From contig NC_042997.1 in NCBI RefSeq assembly GCF_006345805.1, forward strand, positions 74,028,001-74,092,000: DNA of 64,000 nucleotides, given 5' to 3'. How positions within the stretch are numbered: position 1 is the stretch's first letter; each line of letters starts with the position of its first letter. The position numbers and the translations under genes are program-made. Positions 15,130 through 26,937 of the stretch are shown here, piece by piece. The DNA comes from Octopus sinensis (taxonomy: Eukaryota). The notes under the pieces are model-generated. The model saw nothing but the letters and a program-made list of their open reading frames with translations, was not told where the DNA came from and searched no databases.

Positions 15130-17013
15130 TTGTGGCTGTTTATCTATGTGTGTGGTTGGGCTTAGTATCGTTTAAGGTCATAGGAAGAATTTATAATAAG
15201 AATTTTGGCAGGAGTGGCTGCCTGTTGTGTGTCTACCTACACATGTGCATAGGAGAATGGCCAGTAGAAAGGTATGGGTAGTTTGATGTATGTGTGTGTA
15301 CGTGTATGTATATGTAGTGTGTGTGTGTTTTGTTTGCAGTGTGTGTGTATGTATGTGTACGTGTGTATGCGTGGGGTTGTGTGTGTGGAGTAATTGTACT
15401 TTACTCTGTATGTGTGCGTGTGTGTGTGTGCATGTGTGTAGAAGTATGTGTGTATGTATATGTGCATGTATGTGTGTTGTAAGTGTGGTGTGTGTGGGAG
15501 GTATATGTGCGTTCATGTGTGTGCACAGGAGCGTGTGTTTTTTTGTGTGTGGATATGTACATATGTGCGTGAATGTGTGCGTGTATATAGAAATAAAAAC
15601 AATAAATTATAAAAAAATAAGGTTGAAAGGAGATAAAGAAGTTAATGCAATATAAAATGGCGCAATTACAAGCAAAAATGAAAAAGGAAATAAGGTTGCT
15701 TTGTTGCAGGAGGTGTAGAGGCAGTCAATAGGAGGAGGGGGTTGTGTTTAGTTCGAAGGGGATAGTTGTTCGTAGATTAAAGATGTACCACTGTTCCAGG
15801 CGGAATCGTGAGTGTGTGGGTCCGCGGTGCAGAGCGAGGCCAAAGACGGAGATGTTAGAGGGGGAGTGGTTGGCCAAGCGGAAGTGACGGGCGACGGAGG
15901 TGTTCGAACGTAGCCGAACATCCCTTAGGAGAAGGTGCTAGGGACCAGAAGATCGCGTAGATTCCGGGCGCGTTTAAAGGAGGAGAAGGGTGGGTTGGGG
16001 AAAATGGGGCGGGTGGTGGGATCGAGCTGGAGACGACGGAAGGCCCGTAGAATCTTCCGATGAAGGGGTGGAAGAGGGGAAAGGAGGAGCGGTTAGGGGG
16101 TTGATGAGGGAAGGAGAAAGGGCGGTGGTGCGATCGATTCGACGAACGCGGCAAGGGCGTTTTGGACAAGGGTTGAGGAATATCATCGATGCATGAACAG
16201 GTGGGCAAGGTACTGGGACTGGGTCTTGAAATCCTGGTCCCGGCTGCACAAGCGTCGGAGGCGGAGGAACTGGGAGTAGGAGATGACCCGTTTGGTGTGA
16301 GAAGGATGGGAGGAGGAAAAGTTGAGGTAGAGGTGGGAATCTGTGGATTTGGAAAAGGCGGAGGTGGTGAGAGAGTGGAAGGGGAGGTCAGTGGTAAGAG
16401 AGATATCTAAGAAGATAACCGAGGTAGAGGTAAATTGGAGAGATGGGTGAAAGTAGAAAGTGGCAGAGTTGTTCTAGGGAGAGGGAGGTGGTGTCTATAC
16501 AGTCGTCTATGTAGCAGCCATATAGCTGGAGTTGGTCCAGAGAATTGGGAGAATACTTGGGCCTCAATGTGACCAACAAATAGGTCGGCGAAATTGGGGC
16601 CCATTCTCGTTCCCATAGCGACCCCAGACAATGTTGATAGATCTCCCCAGCAAACGTAAAGCAGTGTTGGGTGAGGATGAGCTCTACCAGACGGAGAAGG
16701 GTAGATATGCTGGGTGTGGGTAGGGCGACGGTCGAGGAAGTATTGGAGGGCTAAGATACCGTCGTTGTGGGGAATCACCGTGTATAGGGACTTGATGTCG
16801 AAGGCGAAGAAGATGTGTGAGGGACCGGTAGGGAAGGAGAAGGAATTGAAAAGGCGAAGGGAGTGATTGGTGTCGTGTATATGGGATGGAGTGGGGCAGC
16901 AACAAGAGGGACAGGATGCGGTCAAGATATTTTGAGATGAGTTCTGTGGGGCAATTGCAGACGGAGACAATGGGGCGGCTAGGATTGTCGGGTTTATGTA
17001 TTTTGGGAAGGAA
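14790..17013 (-). pseudogene. Penelope-like element (Penelope/Poseidon type): RT, GIY-YIG and 3' pLTR
   Basis: FAFDIKSLYTVIPH, GVAMGTRMGPNFADLFVG, YIDDCI and a C-terminal RFRLEQWYIFNLRT. More GC-rich than its flanks; the 3' region is expanded by (CA)n; the 5' end runs into an assembly gap. Confidence 0.85.
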
Positions 17014-17113
17014 NNNNNNNNNNNNNNNNNNNNNNNNNNNNNNNNNNNNNNNNNNNNNNNNNNNNNNNNNNNNNNNNNNNNNNNNNNNNNNNNNNNNNNN
17101 NNNNNNNNNNNNN
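17014..17113. other. Assembly gap (100 N)
   Basis: Run of N. Confidence 1.
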
Positions 17114-17559
17114 GCTTGTATAATTAGCTGTCTGTATGCATAAGAGTTAAATTAAGTGTATTGGTTTACACCCACATACATGCATTGAGTATGTTTGTTT
17201 ATATATAAGTATACGCTTATGCTGTCGTTATCTTTATCGTCATCATAATCATCATCAACAGTTCCAGTGTATGCTTTGGCATGGTTTGTGGATACCCTTC
17301 CTAACGCCGACCATTTTACAGAGTGTTGTCAGTGCATTTTACGAAGTATCGGCACAAGTCTAGTAACTTGCAAGACAAGACTCCTCGAGAGGCTAAAGTA
17401 TGGTAGAAAGACAGGAACAGATGTCATGCTGTACGGAAGATAGTGATAAAGATATTCTCAAGTTACAGGAACTTTTAGTGACAGAAGCCTTAATTATTAT
17501 CAAAAGCAATCACAAGACCTGGCTGTTCCGATGCCTGTAGCAGACGATTCTTGTATGTC

Positions 17560-18006
<447 letters not shown>

Positions 18007-18009
18007 ACT

Positions 18010-18350
18010 CTTATGGCTCAGTGGTTAGAGCGTCGAGCTTACGATCGTGAGGTTGTGAGCTCGAATCCCGGACCGGGCTGCGTGTTGTGTTCTTGAGCAA
18101 GACACTTTATTTCCGTTATTTCAGTTGCTCTCATTCACTCAGCGTAGAAATGAGTTGCGACGTCACAGGTGCCAAGCTGTCGACCTTTTGTCTTTCCCTT
18201 GGATAACACTGGTGGCGTGGAGAGGGGAGGCCGGTATGCATGGGCGACTACTGGTCTTCCATAAAAAACAACCTTGCCCAGACTTGGGCCTCAGAGGGTA
18301 ACTCTCTAGGTGCAAACCCATGTCACTCATGACCGAAGGGGGTCTTTTAA
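18010..18350 (+). mobile_element. tRNA-derived SINE
   Basis: A box TGGCTCAGTGG (18014-18024), B-box-like GAGCTCGAATCCC, then TTGAGCAAGACACTT. Confidence 0.75.
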
Positions 18351-18351
18351 C

Positions 18352-18741
18352 TTTACTCTTTACTCTTTTACTTGTTTCAGTCATTTGACTGTGGCCATGC
18401 TGGAGCACCCCCCTTTAATCGAGCAACTCGACCCGGAACTTATTCTTTTTGTAAGCCCATACTTATTCTATCGGTCCTCTTTTTGGCCGAACCGCTAAGT
18501 AACGGGACATAAACACACCAGCATTGGTTGTCACAATGTCTAGGGACAAACACATACACACAAACAAACACATATATATACATATACGACAGGCTTTTTT
18601 CAGTTTCTTCTACCAAAATCCACTCAAGGCAATTGGTCGCCCGGGCTAATAGCAGAAGACACTTGCCAGATGCAAGCAGTGGGACTGAACCCCGGTACCA
18701 TGTGGTGGTTAGCAAGCTACTACCACACAGCCACTCCTGCG

Positions 18742-18745
<4 letters not shown>
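18352..18745 (-). mobile_element. tRNA-derived SINE, major family (head TAGGCGCAGGAGTGGCTGTGTGG, tail TGACTGAAACAAGTAAAAGAG)
   Basis: Reverse complement of the copy at 18968-19325. Confidence 0.85.
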
Positions 18746-18840
<95 letters not shown>

Positions 18841-18878
18841 CGCCTATATACGCCTATATATATATATATATATATATA

Positions 18879-18914
<36 letters not shown>

Positions 18915-18967
18915 GCCTATATATAATACATACATATATATATTATATAGTATATATATATATATAT

Positions 18968-19325
18968 ATAGGCGTAGGAGTGGCTGTGTGGTAAGTAGCT
19001 CGCTTACGAACCACATGGTTCCGGGTTCAGTCCCACTGCGTGGCATTTTGGGCAAGTGTCTTCTGCCTTGTAGACGGAAACTGTAAGAAACCCGTTGTAT
19101 ATATGTATACATACACACATGTTTGTGTGTATGTGTTTGTCCCCCCAACATCGTTTGACAACTGATGCTGGTGTGTTAATGTCCCCGTAACTTAGCGGTT
19201 CGGCAAAAGAGACCGATAGAATAAGTACTAGGCTTACAAAGAATAAGTCCTGGGGTCGATTTGCTCGACTAAAGGCGGTGCTCCAGCATGGCTACAGTCA
19301 AATGACTGAAACAAGTAAAAGAGTA
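18968..19325 (+). mobile_element. tRNA-derived SINE, major family
   Basis: A-box-like TGGCTGTGTGG, B-box-like GGGTTCAGTCCC, central TA/TG microsatellite, tail CAGTCAAATGACTGAAACAAGTAAAAGAG. Confidence 0.85.
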
Positions 19326-19379
19326 TATGCATATTTATACATGAAGATCCATATATGTGTTTGTGTGTGCATCATAGTA

Positions 19380-19680
19380 TCAACCAGACTATCGGATATT
19401 GTTATACACCGCTGATCACAGTGCGCTCCCTCGTATTGTTGTAGCTTACGAACAATGCCAACCCGCTGGCTAAGCGGACAGGCCAATACCCAGCTAACAC
19501 GCCCTGAACGGATCGCCAGTCCGTTGCACGATTATCCATTTACAGAGGATTGGGCTGGAGCAACGTAAAACGAAGTGTTCTGCTCAAGAACACAATGCAC
19601 CGCTGGTCTAAGTATCGAAACAACGATCTTGCGATCGGGAATGCAACACCTAACCACAAGGCCACGCACCTTCACATATG
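19380..19680 (-). mobile_element. tRNA-derived SINE (different family)
   Basis: Minus strand: GCGTGGCCTTGTGGTTAGG (A box), GTTTCGATACT (B-box-like) and TTCTTGAGCAGAACACTT. Confidence 0.6.
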
Positions 19681-20061
19681 TATGTATGTATGAGTACATC
19701 CATGTGTATATACACACGTATGTAGATAAATATATACATACATTTATCAAATTCTCACTTTTCTCTTCCACATACTTCTCTACTTTGTAGCCGCAATGTC
19801 TTACACTACACTAAAGATGTATAACTTGTATTATTTATGATATTGTCGCATACAATAAACAACTCACCTTCTTTTTTTAACTCTTTCTTTTGTTTAGATT
19901 GTATTTTTTTCTATTTTGTGTCTTTTCTCTTCCTCTTGCTTTCCTTTCTTTGCTTGATTCTTTTTTCTGTTCGCATACTCGCTTGCTTAACGGTCATATA
20001 TATATATATATATATATATTATGATATTGTCGCATACAATATATATATATATATACATACA

Positions 20062-20103
<42 letters not shown>

Positions 20104-20116
20104 TATATGATTAATA

Positions 20117-20562
20117 TGATTAATTTTAATCCTTCAGCTATTTAATGCATTTTTAAGGGCCTGCAATCGCCTACATTATTCTGTTGTTATCATTAGATAA
20201 TTACAGAGTCAATGTTATCTTCGCAAATTATTTTTTCATGAATTATTTTTCTTGGAAATTATTTGCTCTATACTGAAATTATTTTTACACTGGTGACTGC
20301 TATGATTTCGGTGCAAAATGAATCAGTTGTCATGGTAACGCGCGCTGAGGAAGGCTAAGCTATTATGTCAGTCCAGAAACCGGTCCACGTGAGTCCAAAA
20401 ATTGAATATATGCTGAAAGATTGTTTTAGTCCGTTTGCCTTCGGACGGTTGATTTCTGTAGTTATTATCAGTGTATTTTGGCGATTTAAATAAGGGTTTT
20501 GACTGTTATTTTCATCAGGTAGACATACTTAGTATGTCCTTTGATTAATTTTAATCCTTCAG

Positions 20563-20564
<2 letters not shown>
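20117..20564 (+). mobile_element. Non-coding, terminally redundant 425-bp unit carrying one hammerhead (retrozyme-like)
   Basis: Exact 23-bp direct repeat TGATTAATTTTAATCCTTCAGCT at 20117-20139 and 20542-20564; HHR inside; microsatellites on both sides; no ORF. Confidence 0.65.
20337..20392 (+). ncRNA. Minimal hammerhead ribozyme motif
   Basis: CGCGCG-CTGAGGA-AGGCT...AGTCC-A-GAAAC-CG-GTC|CACGTG. Palindromic ACCGGT stem III, GUC cleavage triplet, one stem I mismatch compatible with CpG decay. Confidence 0.7.
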
Positions 20565-20606
<42 letters not shown>

Positions 20607-21387
20607 ACAAGTTGGGGTTTTTTTTTGTGTTAAGCCTTTTGCCTTTCATGGTTTAAGAATCTAACAGAATGAAGTACTAGCCAAGTTTTTATATAATCCG
20701 TTATGTCTTCACCAAAGTGTGACACTTTGTGTTAGCGTACCGGCATGAGAGGTTTAAAATTGAGATGTAATTTTTTTTCTTTTTTATTTTTTTTCTGCAT
20801 GCGCTACTGAAACTCAAGGTGAAAACGGTGAAAATTTATTTTTCTATTTTACTATCATCATTATAATTGACTCCAATTCATGGATTGGATATTTCTTATA
20901 TTTATATACAGTTCAGTGATATACATGTTACATATGTACGTGCGTGAATACACACAAGCACACATATACATTCATACATACATATATGTATATAGTAAAT
21001 AATATAATTTAAAGAAGAAACAAAAATTAGATAATTATCTTGTATTTATAACATACATCAATACAACAGATTCATTAAGACATTCAGAACATACAAAATG
21101 CATTATTTAAGAATGTAATAGAAGTAAGAAATATATGAAATAAGAATATACATGAAAGTATAAGCAAGAATAAATTTGATATGTGGAGTGATATAACGAA
21201 TTTTAAAAAAAAACCTTATTTAAAAATTAAAAGTTAAAAATCTAGTATTAAAAATCTAAAATTAAAAGTTAGAAATTACATTGACGACAGTAAGAAACCT
21301 TAATGAGGAATTTTAAAGTCAGAGAAATATATTTGTCTTAAGAGTTCTAAAAAAGTATATAGCGGGTTATAATAACAGATAAGAGGT

Positions 21388-21476
21388 ATTTCTACGGCCG
21401 TTTCCAGAGTCCATTTGTCCTTGTAAGGAGTGAATTGTATAATTCACCTATAGACAATGTGCCCTTCATCAGGAAC
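21388..21476 (-). ncRNA. Hammerhead ribozyme in the inverted 5' pLTR
   Basis: Minus strand: TTC-CTGATGA-AGGG...CTCT-G-GAAAC-GGCC-GTA|GAA; canonical CUGAUGA core. Confidence 0.8.
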
Positions 21477-23734
21477 ATGAGAGCAAGGTTCTAAAGAAAA
21501 TATAGAGTAAGGAAATTTCATTTAAGGTTACATTATGCTTGTCACTGGTTATGAGGTTAGATATTGACTATTTTTATATCGACTTGGTTAGGCATGATGG
21601 GAAAGCAGAAATTTAAGGAAATTATAAATATGTTATTATATATTATGAAGTATTCTAGGTAATAATAAATGATAAAGAGAAATTAGAATACATGCATACA
21701 TTACAATCTTATATCAGTACACAAAAATTCCCCATTGTGATCTAAAGGATCATAAACCTGATTTTCAATCAAAATCATCCATCAAACTCATATGTCCAAC
21801 AGAATCGGACTGGGGAAAAATTAGTAAATGTATAATAGATAGAATTATACCTCATGTCAAAAGCAAAGTTGATCCCCTATGGAATTCAACTGGAAATGTA
21901 ATCCCATTGTGGATAAAGAACACAGTCATTTCATGCAATTTGATATCTAACTATTATGCATCCATTTCATCTATCCTGTTAAATAATATTCGCCCGCAAC
22001 TTCGTTAATATCTCTAGATCAGGTATAGATACAATACTAGTCGCAAGAAAGACCTTGATTAATTTTAATGGACGTAATTGGATTAGACCTGATTCAATGG
22101 TATAAATATGGGATCATCAGATTCAGCTCAGGTGGTTTGTCTCTGTTGTCTCAAATTTAAAATAGTTTCCCTAATACATCTAACGGTCTCTATAGGAATA
22201 CGGATTATCTAAACCGGGGATAGAAAGGATTAAAAAATCCTTAAGAAGATTCCTCTTAGAGATACGAATACTAAAGTCGTAAACTTCCAAGACGATACAT
22301 TAAATCTTAATACCGTAAGCCCAATCGAATAATACAATATGCTAATGTTTCCTCAAATCATTCTAAATCTACCATTAACAGTTTAGTCACGGCTATATAG
22401 ATAAGGATTTCCAATCATTCGGCTAATGAGGAAATATTCAATGCGCACGCACCTATCTATAATCTAGCCTGAAAATTAAGTGGTTTTAGCAACCAAAATT
22501 ATTATATACCCGAAACTAAACTTAAAACAAAACTAACAACTCAAATTCTAACTTTGAATCAACTGGAAAATATAAGTAAAATTAAGCCTTTAGGTAATTA
22601 TATTAAATCTAATAAAATAGGACCTAACAATAAACGCAAATCCTTAACTCAAGAACAACTTAATACGTCTAAACAATCTAAACCTAGAAAGCGTGAAGTA
22701 ATTTAGTTTGCCCCACTCTTCTCCCTTGATGTTAAAAACCTGCCTAAGCTGTTCTTCAAAATCCTAAGATATAATTTTCCAAAACATCACAAATATTATC
22801 CAATAAGTAACAAACCTTCTATAAAATTGTTTTACTGCACAATGGCAAATTTGGGATCAATTAATGCATCCATAAATAATAGTAAAATCCAATGTCAAAC
22901 AATTAAAACTTCAAACACTGATAAGAAGCCCAATATAAATGTGAATAACAATAATATAAATATACTCGGAACACCAAACACATATAATTCAATCTCAAAT
23001 AAAAATGTTTCTCATATATTGATAGCTTTGAATCAAGTAAATCCATTCCCATAAAATAAGCAACCATAAAACAGGAAATATATGTAATTGTAGAGATATC
23101 GAGTCATGTCCGCTTGCAGGATTTTGCCTCCGCAAAAATGTGGTATATAAATGCACCGTAATATCAGATAAATACTATGCTAGAACTTATACAAATAGTA
23201 CTATATACTTCAGAAAAAGATCTAGAACTCATTTAAATTCTTTTACCAATATGAAATGTAAAAATTCAATAATTCTCGCCTCCTATATGCATAATCTAAG
23301 AGAGAGTAATATTAATTTCAAAATATCGTGATCTATAATAGTGAATGCATTCCCCTATAACGCTAATATATATAAATGTAATTTGCTCATTAAGGAATCT
23401 TACATTATTCTTAGATCGTATAATTCGGATATATTAAATAAATTTTCTGATACGATTCATTCATGTACTCACAAATTCCATTCAACCTTCATGAAGGCCG
23501 GAGTGATAAATAGCGATTTTTGCATCCCAATTTCTCTTCTATCATTCCTTATTACCAAGAATACTTCATAATATATAATAACATATTTATAATTTCTTTA
23601 AATTGCTGCTTCCTCATCATGCCTAACCAAGTCGATATAAAAATAGTCAATATCTAACCCCATAACCAGTGACAAGCATAATGTAACCTTAAATGAAATT
23701 TCCTTACTCTATACATTCTTTTGAAAAATGCTCT

Positions 23735-23828
23735 TATTTTCCTGAAGAAGGGAACATTTGTCTATAGGTGAATTATACAATTCACTCCTTACAAGGACAA
23801 ATGGACTCTGGAAACGGCCGTAGAAATA
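23735..23828 (+). ncRNA. Hammerhead ribozyme in the 3' pLTR
   Basis: TTTC-CTGAAGA-AGGGAACATTTGTC...GACAAATGGACTCT-G-GAAAC-GGCC-GTA|GAAA. Long branched stem II and palindromic stem III ACGGCCGT. Confidence 0.8.
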
Positions 23829-24299
23829 CCTCTTATCTGTTATTATAACCCGCTATATACTTTTTTAGAACTCTTAAGGCAAATATATTTCTCTGACTTT
23901 AAAATTCCTCATTAAGGTTTCTTACTGTCGTCAATGTAATTTCTAACTTTTTAATTTTAATTTTTAATTCTAAATTTTTAACTTTTAATTTTTTAATAAG
24001 GTTTTCTTATACTCGCTATATCACTCCACATATCAAATTTCTTCTTGATTATACTTTCATGTATATTCTTATTTCTATTATATCATTAAATAATACTTTT
24101 AATATGCTCTGAATGTCTTAATGTATTTGTTGTATTGATGTATGTCATAAATACAAGGTAATTATCTAATTTTTGTTTCTTCTTTATATTATATTATATT
24201 ATATTATATTGTATACTATCAAGCATCTTGGGTTCAGCATGAGCACTTCGAAGCAGTTCTATGATTTTTCGAAAGAAGAATCAATATAATTATATATTC

Positions 24300-24800
24300 A
24301 ACAATTCTTAAACCTTCAACAATTCCTAAGCCTTGTGAACCATGTGACTACCTTCAATCCCCAGTCCAGATAGTTCTTGCACACAACTTTCTCGCAATGG
24401 TACACTTGCATTTATTCGTTGGTTCAAAATGTGTTCTCGAGTGGACAGCTAACCCAGCTTTGCTTCGTGCTTTGAACCCACAGTGACACACACAATCATT
24501 GTTTGGTGGATTTTGCTGATGCGTTGCTTTCAAATTTGCACGAAGGGCGTCCCTATGACGAAGGCGGTTACTTTCAAATTCTCTAGTCTTTAGAAAACAT
24601 TTTCCTCCATTTGCTGCGATCCCCTGCTGCACTCTCCCAGGAGCTCAGAGCAATGTTACAACGCTTCAGATTGTCTTTTAGTTTGTCCTTGTAACGAAGA
24701 AGAGGACGCCCTGTTGGACGGGAAAAATTTGTCAATTGCCCATAAAAAAGCTGCTTTGGAACTCTTGAGTTATCCATTCTACGAGATGACCAGACCACAG
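24300..24800 (-). pseudogene. RTE-clade LINE 3' fragment
   Basis: [47 protein letters not shown], followed by C2H2-like CHCGFKARSKAGLAVHSRTH. Confidence 0.85.
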
Positions 24801-24830
24801 CATTTATATAGATATGTATATATGAGTATA

Positions 24831-24862
<32 letters not shown>

Positions 24863-24921
24863 CTATATATATATATACATAGACATATACATATACATAC
24901 ACATACCTTCATATGTATATG

Positions 24922-24959
<38 letters not shown>

Positions 24960-25046
24960 CTATATATTGGTGTGTGTATATATATATGTGTGTGTATATA
25001 TATATGTGTGGATATATATATTATATATATATATATATATATAGAA

Positions 25047-25077
<31 letters not shown>

Positions 25078-25136
25078 CATTCATATATGTATGTATATAT
25101 TATATATATATGTATGTATATATATATATATATATC

Positions 25137-25172
<36 letters not shown>

Positions 25173-25500
25173 ACGTTCATATGTATGTATATATATACGC
25201 ATACATTCATACATTATATGCAGTATGTATGTCTATATATATATATATATTATATAGACATACATATATATATATATATATATAAATACATATACACATA
25301 TATATATATATATAAATGGTTATCGCCATATTAATATGGCAGTCTTATAGATATAAGACTAAAAGCTGTCGCTGATTAGCTCCATGAGGCCATCGCCTTA
25401 AAATAGCTATTTGACACACAAACTGTGTCCATTATAACCTTCGAACAAGGGAGGTCAGCCGCTTCACACTGCTAATCAGACGCCTTTCAGGGTATTTGCC

Positions 25501-25679
25501 CTTTGTCAATGTAGCGTAGTCGACCCAGTAGGTGTCGCCACTGATCGTCTCTGTTCGAAGGTTTTATTTACCTAGTTTCGGTGGAATACATCCACTTGTT
25601 TTCAATAATAGAAATATTAAAATTACTAAGTCTCTCTAAAAGAGATTACTGCTGGGTCGACTACGCTACATTGACAAAG
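25501..25679. repeat. 28-bp perfect inverted repeat within a probable PLE terminal fragment
   Basis: CTTTGTCAATGTAGCGTAGTCGACCCAG (25501-25528) and its reverse complement at 25652-25679. Confidence 0.85.
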
Positions 25680-25889
25680 TAAGTTATATATATATATATA
25701 ACTTCCAAGTAAGTTATATATATATATGAAATAGTGTACCTTTAAACACAAGAGAAACTACCTCTAACAGGTAATTTTACACGCTAGAATGAGCAGTGAA
25801 AACGACCAAAACCACATTTAAGAGCAATTTCGAAGGGAAGGAAAAATAAAAACTTTTACCTTGTTATTTTTAATGAATATATATTCTTT

Positions 25890-26300
25890 TATTTTTCTAC
25901 TTGTTTCAGTCATTTGACTGCGGCCATGCTCGAGCAGTGCTTTAAGTCGAAGAAATCGACCCCAGGACTTATTCTTTGTAAGCCTAGTATTTATTCTATC
26001 GGTTTCTTTTGCCGAACCGCTACATTACGGGGACGTAAACACACCAGCATCGGTTGTCAAGAGATGTTGGGAGGACAAACACACACACATAAACACACAC
26101 ACACACATATGTATATATATATAAAATATATATATACGACGGGGTTCTTTCAGTTCCCGTCTACAAAATCCATTCACTAAGCTTTGGTCATCCCGAGGCT
26201 ATAGTAGAAGACACTTGCCCAAGTGCCACACAATGGGATTGAACCCGGAACCATGCGGCTGGGAAGTAAGCTACTTACCACACAGCAACTCCTGCGCCTG
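25890..26300 (-). mobile_element. tRNA-derived SINE, major family
   Basis: Reverse complement of the head and tail seen at 18968-19325. Confidence 0.85.
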
Positions 26301-26401
26301 TATATATGTGTGGTGTGTGTATATATATATATATATATCTATATATATATATATATTATATAGATATATATATATATATATATAATATTATATATATTAT
26401 A

Positions 26402-26443
<42 letters not shown>

Positions 26444-26509
26444 ATGTATATACAAATGTATATATATAATGTATATACAATAAATATATATATACAATGC
26501 ATATATATA

Positions 26510-26880
26510 TACAAATGTACATATCTTAAATTCTTAAAAATACTATTCAAGTATATCCCCCATTTTACTTAATAAATCGCTTATTTTTGCTAAGAACCGC
26601 TCTCTCATATCTAGGGAGGAAATTTACATCATCCTATTAGCTAGAAAAACTATCATCGAATTTGAAGGTAAATTATGGACTAGGGCGGATACCCCTAATA
26701 ATTTTGATATACCTATGGGCTCTAGTGACTCGGCGAAGATAACGAATCTGGTGGGAGCATACTTATTAAAATGCATAAACAGAGATATCCCAGAATTACA
26801 AGGTGGTCTATATAGGGATGAGGCTTTGTTTGTTGTACCTAGCAATAATAAATCAAGTATTGAGAATATGTAGGAATAAA
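26510..26880 (+). pseudogene. Penelope-like RT fragment (Neptune-type)
   Basis: IILLARKTIIEFEGKLW..NNFDIPMGSSDSAKITNLVGAYLL..GGLYRDEAL. Confidence 0.85.
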
Positions 26881-26937
26881 AATAGTGAACAGATCATAAA
26901 TAAATATGAAAATGCTAACCTAGCTTAAACTGTACTC

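Larger units (their letters stand above)
21008..24187 (+). mobile_element. Penelope-like element (Neptune-type) with inverted pseudo-LTRs
   Basis: ~0.69-kb inverted arms (21008-~21700 and ~23520-24187) flank a decayed ORF: KLICPTESDWGKISK, INMGSSDSAQV, FAPLFSLDVKNLPKLFFKIL, CPLAGFCLRKNVVYKCT. Confidence 0.9.

Noticed and set aside
16886-17143. ORF spanning the N run
   Set aside because: Artefact of the assembly gap.
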